A DNA stretch of 64,000 nt from an uncultured Planctomycetaceae bacterium (GCA_963813715.1 CAWFAK010000012.1:160001-224000); one strand, 5' to 3'; counted from the stretch's first letter, positions 1 through 11,574 are shown. Translations and numbers: made by a program. Notes: generated from the letters alone by a model not told the origin.

Positions 1-978
1 TCCGAGTACGCGTTCGGCCTTGCTCACATCGGGCACGCGGTGTTGCACGTCGTACGTGAAGGGGTCGTCCGACTCGTAGCGGAACGGCTTTTGAGAGCCG
101 TTGGCCGCGTGGATCTTGTTCCAGATCAGCTCGGCCAGCTCGAGCACGGTCGTCGCGCGGGGCGTTGAGAGATTGAAATCGTCGTTGAGCGCGGCCGGAT
201 GGAACAGGGCCGTGCAGATGCCGCGGGCCAGGTCGCCGCCATACGTGTAACAGCGGACCTGGTTGCCGTCCCCCAAGATCCGTAGCGGGTCCTGACCTTT
301 GAGAATCTTTTGCACGAGATCGGGAACGACGTGGCTCATCGCCAGCTTGACGTTGCCGCTGGAGATATCGCGATCGCCGAGCGCCCGCCGTTCGCCCACG
401 CCCACGCAGTTGAACGGCCGGCAAATCGTGTAGGGCAAGCCGTATTGTTCGTGCGCGCCCTTCGCGAAGTATTCAGCCGCCAGCTTCTGGAAGCCGTAGG
501 TGCTCGATGGGGGCGGGCAGACCTTGACGTGGTCCTCGGGCGTCGGGAAGACGGTCGCGTTCTCGAAGACCATGCTGCTTGAGAGCACGGTGATCTTCTT
601 GAGGTGCCCTTCGCGGAATGCGCGGATGGCCGCATCAAAGGTGGCCGCCAAAATGCGCTCGTTCTCGGCGATCAGGTCGTAGGCATACGCGTGAAAGTAC
701 GAGATGCCGCCGATGCGGGCGGCCGCCGCGATCACGTGGTCGCACTGTAGGGCCAGCTCGGTCAAGAGGCCGATGTCTTTTGCGTCCCCCTGCACGAACT
801 TGTAGTGCGGATGCGACTCGTAGCTCCGCTCGACCGGGCCATACTTGGAGAAATTGTCGACGCCCAGCACTTTGTGGCCGCGATCCAAAAGCTCTTGCAC
901 GAGATAGCCGGAAATGAATCCGGCCGAGCCCGTGACGAGCACGGTTGTGGGCGTTTCACCGGGAAGTTTGTCGGACAT
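1..978 (-). CDS. NAD-dependent epimerase/dehydratase (extended SDR), 3' end outside window
   Basis: Manual translation from ATG 978: MSDKLPGETPTTVLVTGSAGFISGYLVQELLDRGHKVLGVDNFSKYG (Rossmann TGxxGFI) and catalytic YGFQK (YxxxK). Absent from the ORF track because it runs off the edge. Confidence 0.9.
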   Translation of the reverse strand, partial: MSDKLPGETPTTVLVTGSAGFISGYLVQELLDRGHKVLGVDNFSKYGPVERSYESHPHYKFVQGDAKDIGLLTELALQCDHVIAAAARIGGISYFHAYAYDLIAENERILAATFDAAIRAFREGHLKKITVLSSSMVFENATVFPTPEDHVKVCPPPSSTYGFQKLAAEYFAKGAHEQYGLPYTICRPFNCVGVGERRALGDRDISSGNVKLAMSHVVPDLVQKILKGQDPLRILGDGNQVRCYTYGGDLARGICTALFHPAALNDDFNLSTPRATTVLELAELIWNKIHAANGSQKPFRYESDDPFTYDVQHRVPDVSKAERVLG

Positions 979-1017
979 GGCGTGTCGCGGGACCTTCGCT
1001 GTTGTACGGGTTCAGAT

Positions 1018-1765
1018 TCAGACGGCCGCGGTGCGGGCCGGTTTCGTCGCCACCTGCCGGGCGCCGAGCCAGGCGGTGGCGAACGCGTAAAAATACCACC
1101 GCAGATATTTCGGAAGCCAATGGAGCACGCGAAAGCGGCTCTGCCCCGCCGTCCGCTCGTACCACTCGATCGGCACCTCGCCGATGGGCCAGCCCAGGCG
1201 ATGGCACTTCACCAAGAGTTCGATGCTGTAGGTAAAGCCGCTGTCGGACTCGACGGGAATTTCGTCGATCACCCGCCGCGAAAAGAGCCGCAGACCGTTG
1301 CTGGGGTCGCGAACGGGCAACCTGCGCGAGGTGGTACATCGTGAACGACGCGCCCCGCACGAGAAAGCCCTTGAGCCAGGGAGCGCCCACCATGCAGCCG
1401 CCGGGCACGAAGCGGCTGGCGACGACAATGTCGTACCCCTGCTCGGCCTTCTCGACCATGCCGTCGATGCGGCGGGCGTTGAACGTGTCGTCAGCCATGT
1501 AGACGAGCGCGAACGGGGCCGTGCTTTGGGAAAGGCCCGTCATCACGGCGCCGTGCGGGCCGCGGCCGCGGTTTTTCACGAACACAATTTCGACCGCGTC
1601 CCGCTTCGGGTAAGCGTTGATGGCCGGCAGCGTGCTGTCGTCGTCCCGGTCGTAGCAGATGAGGACGCGATGCGGGGTATGGACCTCGGCGACGAACGTG
1701 TCCAGGAGGCGAGTGATGTTCTCGCCTTCCTGATACACGGGGATCACGATGTCGAGTCGAGCCAT
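1018..1765 (-). CDS. Glycosyltransferase family 2 (DPM1-like), frameshift at ~1325
   Basis: MARLDIVIPVYQEGENI...YMADD...ASRF in one frame continues as LPVRDPSNGLRLFSR...YSIELLVK...ERTAGQSRF in another; start overlaps the upstream gene's stop. Confidence 0.85.
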
Positions 1766-3025
1766 CAGTTGACCACGTCCACCGGACGCCCTTCCGCGGT
1801 CGACTTCCGCCAGAAGCCCCACACGTCGATCATCGGCTTGTTGCGGCGGTCGAGCTGGCGATACGCGGTGTGCGGCGTGCACAGGACCAATAGATCGCTC
1901 CGCTCGATAACGTCGTCGACCGGCAACAGCTCGGAATCGGTCGCCACGTACGGATCGGTGGTCAGCACGTCGGCCGCCACCAGCTTGAGCAGTTTTTTCA
2001 GCTTGTAACTGAGCGAGGAGCGGGTGTCGTCGCAGTCGGCCTTGAAGGCCATGCCCAACAGTCCGACCGTCATTTCGGACATAGGATATTTTCGCTTCAT
2101 CTCTTCGACGAGGTAGAGCACCAGCCCCTCGTTGACGAGCATGGCCGCGTGGCCCAGTGGAAACTGATTCTGCGAGAAGGCGGCCAGCTGCATCGTGTCT
2201 TTGACCAGGCAGGGACCCGCACTAAAGCCGGCCGTCGGCATCCCTTTGGCCCGCGGGTAATTCGCCTTCAGCCCCTCGAGCACGCGGTTGTAATCGACGC
2301 CGGCCGAGCTGGCGATCATGTAGAACTGGTTGGCGATGGCAAACTCGATGTAGCGATGTGCGTTGGTGAACAGCTTGGCGAACTCGGCCTCCATCGGTGC
2401 CAAGCGGCACGATCTGCGGCGCGATCGTGGCGAAGATTGCAGAGGCCGCCTCGGCGGCCGCGTCCGTCGTCCCGCTGACAATCTGAGGCAGCGTCTGCAG
2501 CTCGCGAACGGCGAAGCCCTGGACAATCCGCTCGGGACAGTAGGCGAGCAAGACGTCCTTGCCGCGACGGGTCAGGTAGCTCTCGAGCCACTGCGTCGTG
2601 CCCGGGTAAATCGTCGAGCGAAACACGAGCAACTGGCCCGGCGACAGATACTGCAGCGAATCGTCGGCCCACTGCTTGATGACCCGCGTCTCCGGGTTCA
2701 TGAACTCGTCGACCGGCGTGCCGATCGTCACGATCACCGTCGGCACGCCAGCGATGCTTTCGGCCGACGAGCTGAACGACAGACGATTAGCCTCGAGGGC
2801 TTGGTGCAGCAGGGGCTCGGCGTCGGCCTCGGCGAACGGCATCACGCCGTCCTGGATCCGCTTGAGCACCTCTCGGTTGAGATCGTAGATGCGGACCGAA
2901 TGCCCCTTGCTGGCCAGCACCAGGGCCAACGGCAGACCAACGTGGCCCGCTCCCCCCACGATGCAGATGCTGGGATCGCCGATCGGGGATCCTGGGGACG
3001 AAGATTGGCGTGGAGTGTCGGTCAT
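1765..3025 (-). CDS. UDP-glucose/GDP-mannose (nucleotide-sugar) dehydrogenase family, WecC-like, frameshift at ~2407
   Basis: GGAGHVGLP, TIGTP, RSTIYPGTT and YCPER in ORF 2222..3064; EAEFAKLFTNAHR, AGPCLVKD and GMAFKADCDDTRSS in ORF 1765..2526; joined by removing one extra C. Confidence 0.9.
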
Positions 3026-3208
3026 CGAAAGGAAGTCCTCGCGGTAACGGGCCGGACGGCGCAAAGGAGGAAGCGAGCGCCCCTCCCCGGCCGCGGTTTG
3101 CCGTCCCGCGGCTCGCCTGTTCGGCGACGAGATTCGTGCGAAATCCCAGATTCGCCCGAAATCTCAGTATAGCCGAGAGGCCGCCGCGGACTGCGACTGG
3201 CAACGCGG

Positions 3209-4000
3209 CTATTTTGAGGCGTGCTCGGTGGAGAGGGGCGGCTCGTGGATCTCGCGGATCCAGATGTTCCGAAACCGCACCGGATTGTGATGGAACTGCA
3301 ACTGCAGTTTCCCTTTGGGAGCATGCGGCTCGTAGTGCGGCGGCTGGTCGTAGAACGTGCTGCCCAAGAGTTCCGAATGGTTCTGGATCAGCACGCCATT
3401 CTGAAAGACCGTGACGTACCCCGGCTTCAGCAGCCGGCCCCCGTCGCCGAACCGCGGAGCGTTGAAGACGATGTCATACGTCTGCCATTCGCCCGGCTTG
3501 CGGCAGCAATTGACCATCGGCGGTTTCTGTTTGTAGATGCCGCCCGCCTGCCCGTCGAAATACGTCTTGTTGTTGTACGAATCGAGGATCTGAACCTCGT
3601 ACTTGTCCATCAAGTAAATGCCGCTGTTGCCACGCCCCTGCCCCGATCCGGAAACGACCGATGGCGTGGCCCATTCGACGTGCAGCTGGCAGTCGCCGAA
3701 TTCGTCTTTCGTTTTGATGTCGTGCCCGTGGGGAATGGCGTAGCCGTCTTTGATTTCCCATTTCTCGGCCCCCTCCCACTTGGAGAGGTCCTTGCCGTCG
3801 AAGAGGATGATCGCATCCGACGGCGGCTCGCCGCACTGGGCTCCCGGCTCGATCACCTTGGGCTCGAGCCACTTGATGCCGCTTTCGTATTCCTTGGCGT
3901 ACGCCGTCACGAAAGCCACCAGGCCGATCGCCAGACAGGCGACCGAACCAAACCTTGCCGACCGCCCGATCAACGTCCGAAACGCACGGATGCCACTCAT
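3209..4000 (-). CDS. DUF1080 / 3-keto-disaccharide hydrolase family secreted protein
   Basis: Signal-like N-terminus from [64 protein letters not shown]. Confidence 0.9.
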   Translation of the reverse strand: MSGIRAFRTLIGRSARFGSVACLAIGLVAFVTAYAKEYESGIKWLEPKVIEPGAQCGEPPSDAIILFDGKDLSKWEGAEKWEIKDGYAIPHGHDIKTKDEFGDCQLHVEWATPSVVSGSGQGRGNSGIYLMDKYEVQILDSYNNKTYFDGQAGGIYKQKPPMVNCCRKPGEWQTYDIVFNAPRFGDGGRLLKPGYVTVFQNGVLIQNHSELLGSTFYDQPPHYEPHAPKGKLQLQFHHNPVRFRNIWIREIHEPPLSTEHASK

Positions 4001-4380
4001 CGTTTCCCCCATCAGCCCCGCAGAATTTTGGTCTTCGTCCCCGAGGCCGCCGCCGGCCCGGCACTGCGATCGTATCGCCGGAGGCGCGCGGCTTCCACGC
4101 CGGGGCACCCGATGCGTTTTCCGCCAACAGGCCGTGTCTCGGCGACCTCGGCTGCGTTCCTTCTTCGCCGGCGGGTCCGGCTTGAACAGATTTCGCGTTC
4201 TCATTTTGGAGCCCGCGGGCGGGTCGACCTGAAGAAGGCAGTGGGACTGAGCTCGCATCGCGACGGGCGGTCGCCGAGCCGTCGCAGTGGCGAATAATTC
4301 ATCGCCGCCAGCGAGTGTTTGAGCGGCTCTGGGTGGAGCCTGAAAGCAAGCTCCCCGCGCGGTGCCGACGATCGCGTTGT

Positions 4381-4756
4381 CTAGCGGCGTTGCCGCGGAG
4401 CCGCGAGCTCGCGCTCGACCCGATGCAACAAAAACCAGGCGCCCAATGGCACTGCTTCCAGACCGACAAAAATCCCCGCGAGCCAAGGCTTTTCCCAGAT
4501 CGCGTAGCCCACGACGTGGTGCGCGTTTCGGCAGCTGAGCCAGGCCTTCGACGGCCAATCTCACGGCCAAGGCTCGTCTGCCCAGGCCGGTGGTGCTCAC
4601 CGCCCCCAACACTTCGTAACCGGGTTGTGCGTCGGGCTCGGTGTACTTGGCGTAGCTGGCCGCAGCGATCGACCAGGACAACAGCGCAAACGCGAGAGCC
4701 AGCACCAAACAGGTGCGGGTGTGAGTCCAGAAACCCGTAGGGGAATGGTCGACCAT
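4381..4756 (-). CDS. Hypothetical two-TM membrane protein, frameshift at ~4527
   Basis: [34 protein letters not shown]...LAQLP joins [48 protein letters not shown] after removing one A. Confidence 0.55.
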
Positions 4757-4856
4757 GGGCTCACCGGGGTTTGCGCGAGAGACGGTCGAATCGAGCCAAG
4801 AGACTGAGCACCGGCGATGGCCGGCGTACCCACTCGGCAACGGCCTCGACAGTCAG

Positions 4857-4942
4857 TGCCGGAGGAGGGACTCGAACCCACACACCCAGTTACGGATACT
4901 GGATTTTGAATCCAGCGCGTCTGCCAATTCCGCCACTCCGGC
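4857..4942 (-). tRNA. tRNA-Leu(CAA), CCA not encoded
   Basis: GCCGGAGTGGCGGAATTGGCAGACGCG-CTGGA-TT-CAA-AA-TCCAG, long variable arm, GGTTCGAGTCCC T-loop, acceptor stem GCCGGAG/CTCCGGC-A. Confidence 0.97.
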
Positions 4943-5231
4943 CTGATCGTCGCCCCTGCGGGCGACTCGACGTTGCGAAACTACAGCCCCTCGCCTGCCG
5001 GCGTCAACTGACTTAGCCCAATTGCTGATTGGCTGATTGCCTGTCCCACCCGGTCGCCAACTGCCTTCCGGAAACTTCTTCCGTGCTCCACAACGACTCG
5101 TCGAGCATCGCTCTACTCTCGCTCGCTGCGACCGGGACCGGACTTCCGCCCGCGGTGGCCTTACTCACCGCTTTCCGCTAACGTCGAGTGGCAACAGACT
5201 CCGGACCGAATCCTGGCCCTGTGCCGCATCG

Positions 5232-6041
5232 ATGGACCCGCTCGCCCGACTCCACGACCGCCTCGCGCCGCTCAAGGCGGCCCTGCTCGACCATCCGGTC
5301 TACCAGGCGATCGACTCTCTGCCCGCCTTGCACGTCTTCATGGAGCACCACGTCTTTGCCGTGTGGGATTTCATGTCCCTGCTCAAATCGTTGCAGCGGC
5401 GGCTCTCGGGCGTCGACGTTCCCTGGCTCCCCGGCGACAACCGGCTGGGCTGCCGCTTCATCAACGAAATCGTGCTGGCCGAAGAGAGCGATGAGGATGG
5501 ACAAGGCGCGTTCTGCAGCCACTTCGAGCTCTATCGCCGGGCGATGAAGCAGTCCGGAGCCAGCACGCTTGGCATTGACGGTTTGCTGGCGGCGCTCCGC
5601 CAGGGTCAGCCGCTGGCCGACGCCCTCGCCGCCGCAGAGGTCGCGCCGGCCGCACGCTCGTTCGTGCAGACAACGTTCGAGATCCTCGACGCTGGCAACC
5701 TCTGCGCCATCGCCTCGGCCTTCACGTTCGGTCGCGAGGATCTGCTCCCTGCGCTCTTTCAACGGATCGTTGACGAACTGAATCTCGAAACCGGCGGCGG
5801 CCTCGAATTGTTCCGCTACTATCTCAATCGGCACATCGGTTTGGACGGCGACGAACACGGCCCGATGGCCGGCCGGCTCATGCAATCGCTGTGCGGCAGC
5901 GACGAATCCCTCTGGGCGATTGCTGAACAAACGGCGACCAAGTCGCTGGAGGCGCGGCACGCGCTTTGGGACGGGATTTACGCAGCGATACAAACCCGAA
6001 AAGCAACGGATCGCACTGCCCCGACTCAAAGCAGTTGGTGA
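5232..6041 (+). CDS. DUF3050 family protein (heme-oxygenase-like fold)
   Basis: [65 protein letters not shown]. Confidence 0.85.
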   Translation: MDPLARLHDRLAPLKAALLDHPVYQAIDSLPALHVFMEHHVFAVWDFMSLLKSLQRRLSGVDVPWLPGDNRLGCRFINEIVLAEESDEDGQGAFCSHFELYRRAMKQSGASTLGIDGLLAALRQGQPLADALAAAEVAPAARSFVQTTFEILDAGNLCAIASAFTFGREDLLPALFQRIVDELNLETGGGLELFRYYLNRHIGLDGDEHGPMAGRLMQSLCGSDESLWAIAEQTATKSLEARHALWDGIYAAIQTRKATDRTAPTQSSW

Positions 6042-6549
6042 TCCGGATTTGCCCGACTGACCGGGTATCGGGAGCGCTGCCTGAATTTCCCCCAAACGCA
6101 GCCTGAATTCGCCCGCTGAAAGGTCCTCGAACCGCCGGCATTCGGCTTGACCTCGGCGCGTGCCTTTTCTTAAAACTCTGCAAGCCGCGACCCCCCGAAG
6201 CAACGGATTGCCTAGCCACGATGAGCGATTCGCCGACCCTGACGGTTGGTGCGCTCTCAACCGCCGACTGGCTGCCTGAAGAGCCGTCGGATCGGTTGAC
6301 CGGTTGCCCGCGCGTTCTGAGCGCGCGGCGGTCGGGTTCCTCGCGCGCCCTCCTCACAATCGCCCCTCGAAGCCGAATCTTGCCCCCCGGGCACGACACT
6401 GAGAATTCATCAGGTCGGCATTTTCGCCAGCACTGAGTTCATCAGGGCCATGATGGACGCGGTTCAACCGAGCCGCGGCCCATTCACCTAATCACCTCGA
6501 GCATTTCTTAGAGCGGGGCGGCAGCCTGCCGTCCTGCGGATCGAACACG

Positions 6550-7917
6550 ATGCGCCTTGATGCCCCCAAATTTCTATTCCGTGCCTCGGTTTGCCTGTGC
6601 TTTTTTGCCTACGGAGTGGTGACAGCCTATTTCCGCGTCTTTCCCTTCTCCGTCCTGCACAACGCCCACGAGGCCGTGCTGGCGATCGCCCGCACCAACG
6701 ACGACGCCGAGTTCCGCGAGCCGGCCGATCTCAAGGACATCGCCGAGCCGACGGTGCACCACTACTCGCCCGCCTGCGGAACCGAGTTGCTGCTGGTCTC
6801 GGGCGGCGAAAATTACCTGAAGGACCAGAGCGCGGGACACGGGTGCCTGGCTTGGATCATGGATCGCCAGGGCCACGTGAAGCACGTCTGGCAGTACGAT
6901 CCGGGGCTCTGGTCGCAACTCGACGGCGTCGCGATCACTCCGGGAAGGTCGGCGAGAGTCTATCCCGTCGGTTTGCACCTCTATCCGGACGGCGGCCTGC
7001 TGGTGAGCTTTCAGGGCTGGTACACGTTCCCGGTCGGCATCGGACTCGCCCGGTTCGACAAAGACTCGAACCTGATGTGGAAGAAGGAGCTGCACACTCA
7101 TCACTGGTTCACCGTCGCCGACGACGGCCGGATTTACGCGCTCAAGTCCCGCGTCGTCGACTCGCCTCGGCCAGTCGGCGAGACGCGGTTCTCTCTGTCC
7201 TCCGGCGCAGCCAAGATCCTCGATGACGCCGTCGTGATCCTCGACGCGGACGGCAACGTGCTCGAAGAGATTCCTCTGCTCGACGCGCTGGTGCAGTCCG
7301 GTTACCAGGGGCTGCTAGCCGCCCGCGCCGGTTCCGATTGGGACAGCCAAGAGACCTGCGTGATTATGGATCAGGATCCGACGCACCTGAACGGCATTCA
7401 GCTCGTAAATGCCGCGGTCGCCGCAAAACACCCGTGGTTGCGGGCCGGCGACCTGTTGCTCTCGATGCGGAGCCTCAATGCGGTCGGCATCCTCGATCCT
7501 CACACGCGGAAGTTCAAATGGATGTCGGCGGGGACGACGGTCATGCAGCACAGCCCCTTGTTTCACGGCGACGGCGTGCTGGTCTTCGACAACCGCGGCG
7601 GCTCGATTGCAACTGGAGGCTCGCGCCTCGTGCAGATCGATCTGGAAACTCGCGGTTCCCAAGTCGTCTTCCCCGACCCGGCCGCGTCGTTGCCCGGAGC
7701 TTTTTATACGGGAGTGGCCGGCCACCTCGATCTGAGCGGCGATGGCCGAGTCTTGGTGACTTTGTCCAAGGCGCAAAAAGTCTGGGAAATCAATCTGAAG
7801 ACCGGGGCCGTGCTGTGGGAGTACGTTTGCGTCGATCCCGAACACCGCCGGCGCCGTGAATTGCTCACCGCCGAGTACGTGCGGCACATCGATTTTCCGA
7901 TGAATAAAAGCCAATAA
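6550..7917 (+). CDS. Arylsulfotransferase (ASST-like) family, membrane-anchored/periplasmic
   Basis: N-terminal TM (YGVVTAYFRVFPF), HTHHW, DPTHLNGI, LLSMRSLNAV, QHSP, VFDNRG. Confidence 0.8.
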   Translation: MRLDAPKFLFRASVCLCFFAYGVVTAYFRVFPFSVLHNAHEAVLAIARTNDDAEFREPADLKDIAEPTVHHYSPACGTELLLVSGGENYLKDQSAGHGCLAWIMDRQGHVKHVWQYDPGLWSQLDGVAITPGRSARVYPVGLHLYPDGGLLVSFQGWYTFPVGIGLARFDKDSNLMWKKELHTHHWFTVADDGRIYALKSRVVDSPRPVGETRFSLSSGAAKILDDAVVILDADGNVLEEIPLLDALVQSGYQGLLAARAGSDWDSQETCVIMDQDPTHLNGIQLVNAAVAAKHPWLRAGDLLLSMRSLNAVGILDPHTRKFKWMSAGTTVMQHSPLFHGDGVLVFDNRGGSIATGGSRLVQIDLETRGSQVVFPDPAASLPGAFYTGVAGHLDLSGDGRVLVTLSKAQKVWEINLKTGAVLWEYVCVDPEHRRRRELLTAEYVRHIDFPMNKSQ

Positions 7918-7957
7918 CCTCGCCAAGTTTGAACAGTCGGGCCTGAAGGAACATGTC

Positions 7958-8266
7958 GTGACACGGAAGTCATTTTTGCCTGCGATGGCCGTGCTGGCCG
8001 TCGCGATCTGTGTGGTTGGATTGCCACCCTCTGCGGCACAGGCGGCTGCGACCGGGCCCCCTCTGGTCGCCTACATCGGTCCCGGTGCGGGGCTGGGATT
8101 CCTTGGCAGCCTGCTCGCCGTCCTGATGGTTGTCTTCCTGGGTGTGGCAGGACTGATTCTTTATCCGGTGAAGCTCGCGATCCGCTGGCTGCGCAGGGCT
8201 CGCGCGACGAGCCGTGCAGCGACGCCGTTCGACGCTTCTTCGCTGCTTCGTTCCGGGCGCGCTTGA
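7958..8266 (+). CDS. Small membrane protein with AYIGPGAG motif
   Basis: Signal-like segment, AYIGPGAGLG, then a hydrophobic helix and YP-basic tail. Confidence 0.7.
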   Translation: MTRKSFLPAMAVLAVAICVVGLPPSAAQAAATGPPLVAYIGPGAGLGFLGSLLAVLMVVFLGVAGLILYPVKLAIRWLRRARATSRAATPFDASSLLRSGRA

Positions 8267-8274
8267 GGTCGCCC

Positions 8275-8693
8275 ATGAACGCCATGGATCTGGCTGCAAT
8301 CGGAGAAGGACTGGCCGCGGGCTTGATCGCCGGAGTGCTATTTCAGTGGGTCGGCTCGCGGATGCCGCGAATCGACTTCTGGAAGCCGGCGGCCGCTTTC
8401 GCCGCTCGCTCGTGGCGGTCCAAGATGACGACTTTTTCGCCCGCTACGCCGAACTGCTCAAACTGCTCGCGCTCTACCTGCGGCGCCAGGCCCTCGTCCT
8501 CGTTTTGCCCGTCGCCGTCGTCACGGGCGCCCTCTTGTTTCCGCCGCCGGAGACGGAGGCGCGAACGCCGGTTGACACGCCCGCCCGGATGATGAGTTGG
8601 ACGGCTCCGCTGCAGGCCGTCGAGCTCACCTCTCTGGTGAGCGTCTGCGTCGGCTCCGGCATCGGCATGGCCTTATTGCGGAAGCGGACGTGA
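8275..8693 (+). CDS. Hypothetical membrane protein, frameshift at ~8400
   Basis: MNAMDLAAIGEGLAAGLIAGVLF... joins DDFFARYAELLKLLALYLRRQALVLVLPVAVV...; stop overlaps the next GTG. Confidence 0.55.
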
Positions 8694-9866
8694 ATCTCAG
8701 CCGCACCGACTATTGGCTGGCCCGTCTGGCGCACGCCGGTGCGGACCTCTTCGAGTCGGTGGGAAACGTCGAATCGTCGATCCTGAGGCGACGCCTGGAT
8801 GCAATTCCGCTCGAGGCGCCGATTTTCGTCTGCGGCCTGGCGCGCTCGGGCACGACGATCCTGCTGCAAGAGCTGTCGCAGATGCCGAACGTCGCCACCC
8901 ATCGGTATCGCGATTTCCCCTTCCTGATGACCCCCTGGATTCTGGAGCCGCCTGGTCAATTGGGGCCGGGACAGCGCGGAGCGGCCGGCGACCGAACGGC
9001 CGCATCAGGACCGGATTCGCATCTCGGCCGAAAGTCCCGAAGCCTTCGAAGAGCCGCTCTGGCAATTCTTCTTTCCCCAACTGCATGGGGCCCAGTCATT
9101 GCATCGACTGACGGGCGAACGGCGTTCAGCCGAGTTCGACGCTTTCTTCCGCGACCACATCCGCAAGATTCTGCTGCTCCGCGACGGCCGCCGCTATCTC
9201 TCCAAGGGCAACTACAACGTTGCCCGGCTCGAGTACCTGGCCGCCCTCTTTCCCGATGCCCGCTTCGTGATCCCGATCCGGCACCCCTTCACGCACGTCC
9301 AATCGCTCGTGCGGCAACACGCCCTCTTCACCGCGTATGCCCAGCGCGACCCGCGCGTGCCCCACTACCTGCGAGCCGCCGGCCACTATGAATTCGGCCC
9401 GCAACGCGTGCCGATCCGCCTGACGCACGAGGCCGGCGACCGCATTCGCGACGCCTGGCACGGCAGCGACAACGCGACGGGCTACGCCATCCAATGGGCC
9501 GAAATCTACGGCTTCGCCCACGCGCTGCTCTCCGGCAATGACGATCTGGCCGAACGCACGTTCGTCATCCGCTACGAAGACTTCTGCGATCGCCCGGCCG
9601 AGGTCATGTCCGCCGTCTGCCGACACGCCCAGCTCGAACCTCTGGTGAAGAATGGACCGCCTGCCCTCGAGCACATCGTGGCGTCACCTCACGATTCGCT
9701 CGAACTCCCGGATGGCTTCTGCGAGACGGTATGGCGCGAAACCGGCTCGGTGGCGAAACGCTTCGGCTATTCGCCCACGGGCCGTCATCCGGCTAGCGCC
9801 CGCGACGAGCAGAAAACGGACGCCCTATCTCGGCTCGCTGCGGAACGCCAATTGGCCGCGTCTTAA
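8690..9866 (+). CDS. PAPS-dependent sulfotransferase family protein, frameshift at ~8945
   Basis: PIFVCGLARSGTTIL (5'-PSB loop), EEPLW, RYLSKGNYN, FPDARFVIPIRHP (3'-PB), IRYEDFC. Confidence 0.85.
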
Positions 9867-10119
9867 GGGCGCTGGCTCGGGGGACCGCTGATTTTGCTGG
9901 TGTTGACTCGATTCTCGATCCCACACGCCAGACCGCAGTTACCCCACCACTTAGCGAGCCGACGATCCACGCTCGCGGCAGTGCCGCAAAGCATGGCGGG
10001 GCTTGAAGATTGTGTCCGCGCGAACCTGCCCTGACCTTGCCGGTCTTATCCGTTATCCTACGATTCAAATTGCCGGTCCCCTTCTGTCCGTTGCGTCCTC
10101 TTGCGCTCGGGGTGATTCC

Positions 10120-11574
10120 ATGCTCGACGTCAATCGTCAGTTTCGCGTGCCCGCCATTCGGACGGAGTTGCCGGGGCCCAAGGCGCGGCGGATGGTTGAG
10201 CGGGATGAGCGGGTCACCTCGCCGTCGTACACGCGGGTTTATCCGCTGGTTGTGGCTCGTGGCGAAGGGGCGATGATTGAAGACGTCGACGGAAATCGGT
10301 TTCTCGATTTCAACGCGGGCATCGCCGTCTGCTCGACCGGGCATTGTCATCCGCGGGTCGTCGAGGCGATTCAGCGGCAGGCGGCCAACCTGCTGCACAT
10401 GTCGGGGACCGACTTTTATTACCCGACTGAAGTCGAGCTGGCCGAAAAGTTGACGCAGATTACGCCGGGCAAGTTCGCTAAGCGGGTCTTCTTCACGAAT
10501 TCGGGGACGGAATCGGTCGAGGCGGCGATCAAGCTGGCGCGGTATCACACGCGGCGGCAGAACATGATCGCGTTCTACGGCTGCTTTCACGGCCGCACAA
10601 TGGGCGCGGTTTCGCTCACGTCCAGCAAGGTCACGCAGCGACGCGGCTTCGGACCGCTCCTGCCGGGAGTGATTCACGTGCCGTACGCCGATTGCCGCGG
10701 CGGGAAGCACACGCCCGGAAGCGGCGCCGGCACGATTGAGATGATCGAAAAGACGCTCTTCCGCAAGCTGGTCGCCCCGGACGAGGTGGCGGCGATCTTC
10801 GTCGAGCCGATCCAGGGCGAGGGCGGATACCTGGTGCCGCCGCCCGAGTTTCATCGCGAGCTGCGAGCCCTGTGCGATCGGCACGGCATTCTGTTCGTCG
10901 CGGATGAAATTCAGTCGGGAATGGGGCGCACCGGAAAAATGTGCGCGATCGAGCATTGGGGCGTCGAGCCGGACATCATTTGCTTGGCGAAAGGAATTGC
11001 GTCGGGGATGCCGCTGGGGGCGATCGTCGCTCGCGCGGACTTGATGGATTGGCCGCCCGGGGCGCACGCCAGCACGTTCGGCGGCAACCCGGTGGCCTGC
11101 GCGGCGGCGCTCGAGACGATCGCCCTGCTCGAAGACGGACTGATGGAAAACGCGGCCCGCCAGGGAGCCTTCCTGTTGGCCGAGTTAGAGAAACTCAAAC
11201 GCAAGCACTCGGCAATCGGCGACGTGCGGGGCAAGGGACTGATGATCGGCTTCGACCTGGTGGCGGCCGACGGCTCGCCCGCTCCCGACGAGGCCGAGAG
11301 TCTCGTGCAAGCCTGTTTCCACAAAGGCCTGCTCCTGTTGCGCTGCGGCGAGAGTGCGATCCGGATCTGCCCGCCGCTCGTGGTCACGCAGGAGCACTGC
11401 GAGACGGCGCTGGCCATCATGTCCGAATGCCTGGGCGCGTTGGGCGGTGCCCCGGCTGGCCGCAGCAAGGGTGCAGCGATTGCCTCTCAGCCGTCGAAGT
11501 CGCCGTCGCCGACCGGCGATCAGAGCGGGAATCGACGCACTAGTAAAGGTGCAGCGAAACGCCGTTCCAAGTGA
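10120..11574 (+). CDS. Class III PLP aminotransferase (4-aminobutyrate/acetylornithine aminotransferase-like)
   Basis: DVDGNRFLDF, NSGTESVEAAIK, FHGRT, EPIQGEGG, DEIQSGMGRTG, AKGIASG, STFGGNP. Confidence 0.92.
   Translation: MLDVNRQFRVPAIRTELPGPKARRMVERDERVTSPSYTRVYPLVVARGEGAMIEDVDGNRFLDFNAGIAVCSTGHCHPRVVEAIQRQAANLLHMSGTDFYYPTEVELAEKLTQITPGKFAKRVFFTNSGTESVEAAIKLARYHTRRQNMIAFYGCFHGRTMGAVSLTSSKVTQRRGFGPLLPGVIHVPYADCRGGKHTPGSGAGTIEMIEKTLFRKLVAPDEVAAIFVEPIQGEGGYLVPPPEFHRELRALCDRHGILFVADEIQSGMGRTGKMCAIEHWGVEPDIICLAKGIASGMPLGAIVARADLMDWPPGAHASTFGGNPVACAAALETIALLEDGLMENAARQGAFLLAELEKLKRKHSAIGDVRGKGLMIGFDLVAADGSPAPDEAESLVQACFHKGLLLLRCGESAIRICPPLVVTQEHCETALAIMSECLGALGGAPAGRSKGAAIASQPSKSPSPTGDQSGNRRTSKGAAKRRSK

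Noticed and set aside
4201..4380. Minus-strand frames containing QAPP or ending RPRAPK as ribosome arrest peptides
   Set aside because: No convincing RBS, motif incomplete or internal, and such words are frequent by chance at this GC content.
3209..4840. 543-aa membrane protein-DUF1080 fusion
   Set aside because: The read-through results from an indel at ~4527; the middle segment is non-coding-like and DUF1080 has its own signal peptide.
4857..4942. tRNA-Leu as an integration site for an island
   Set aside because: No integrase and no duplicated tRNA 3' end was found in the window.
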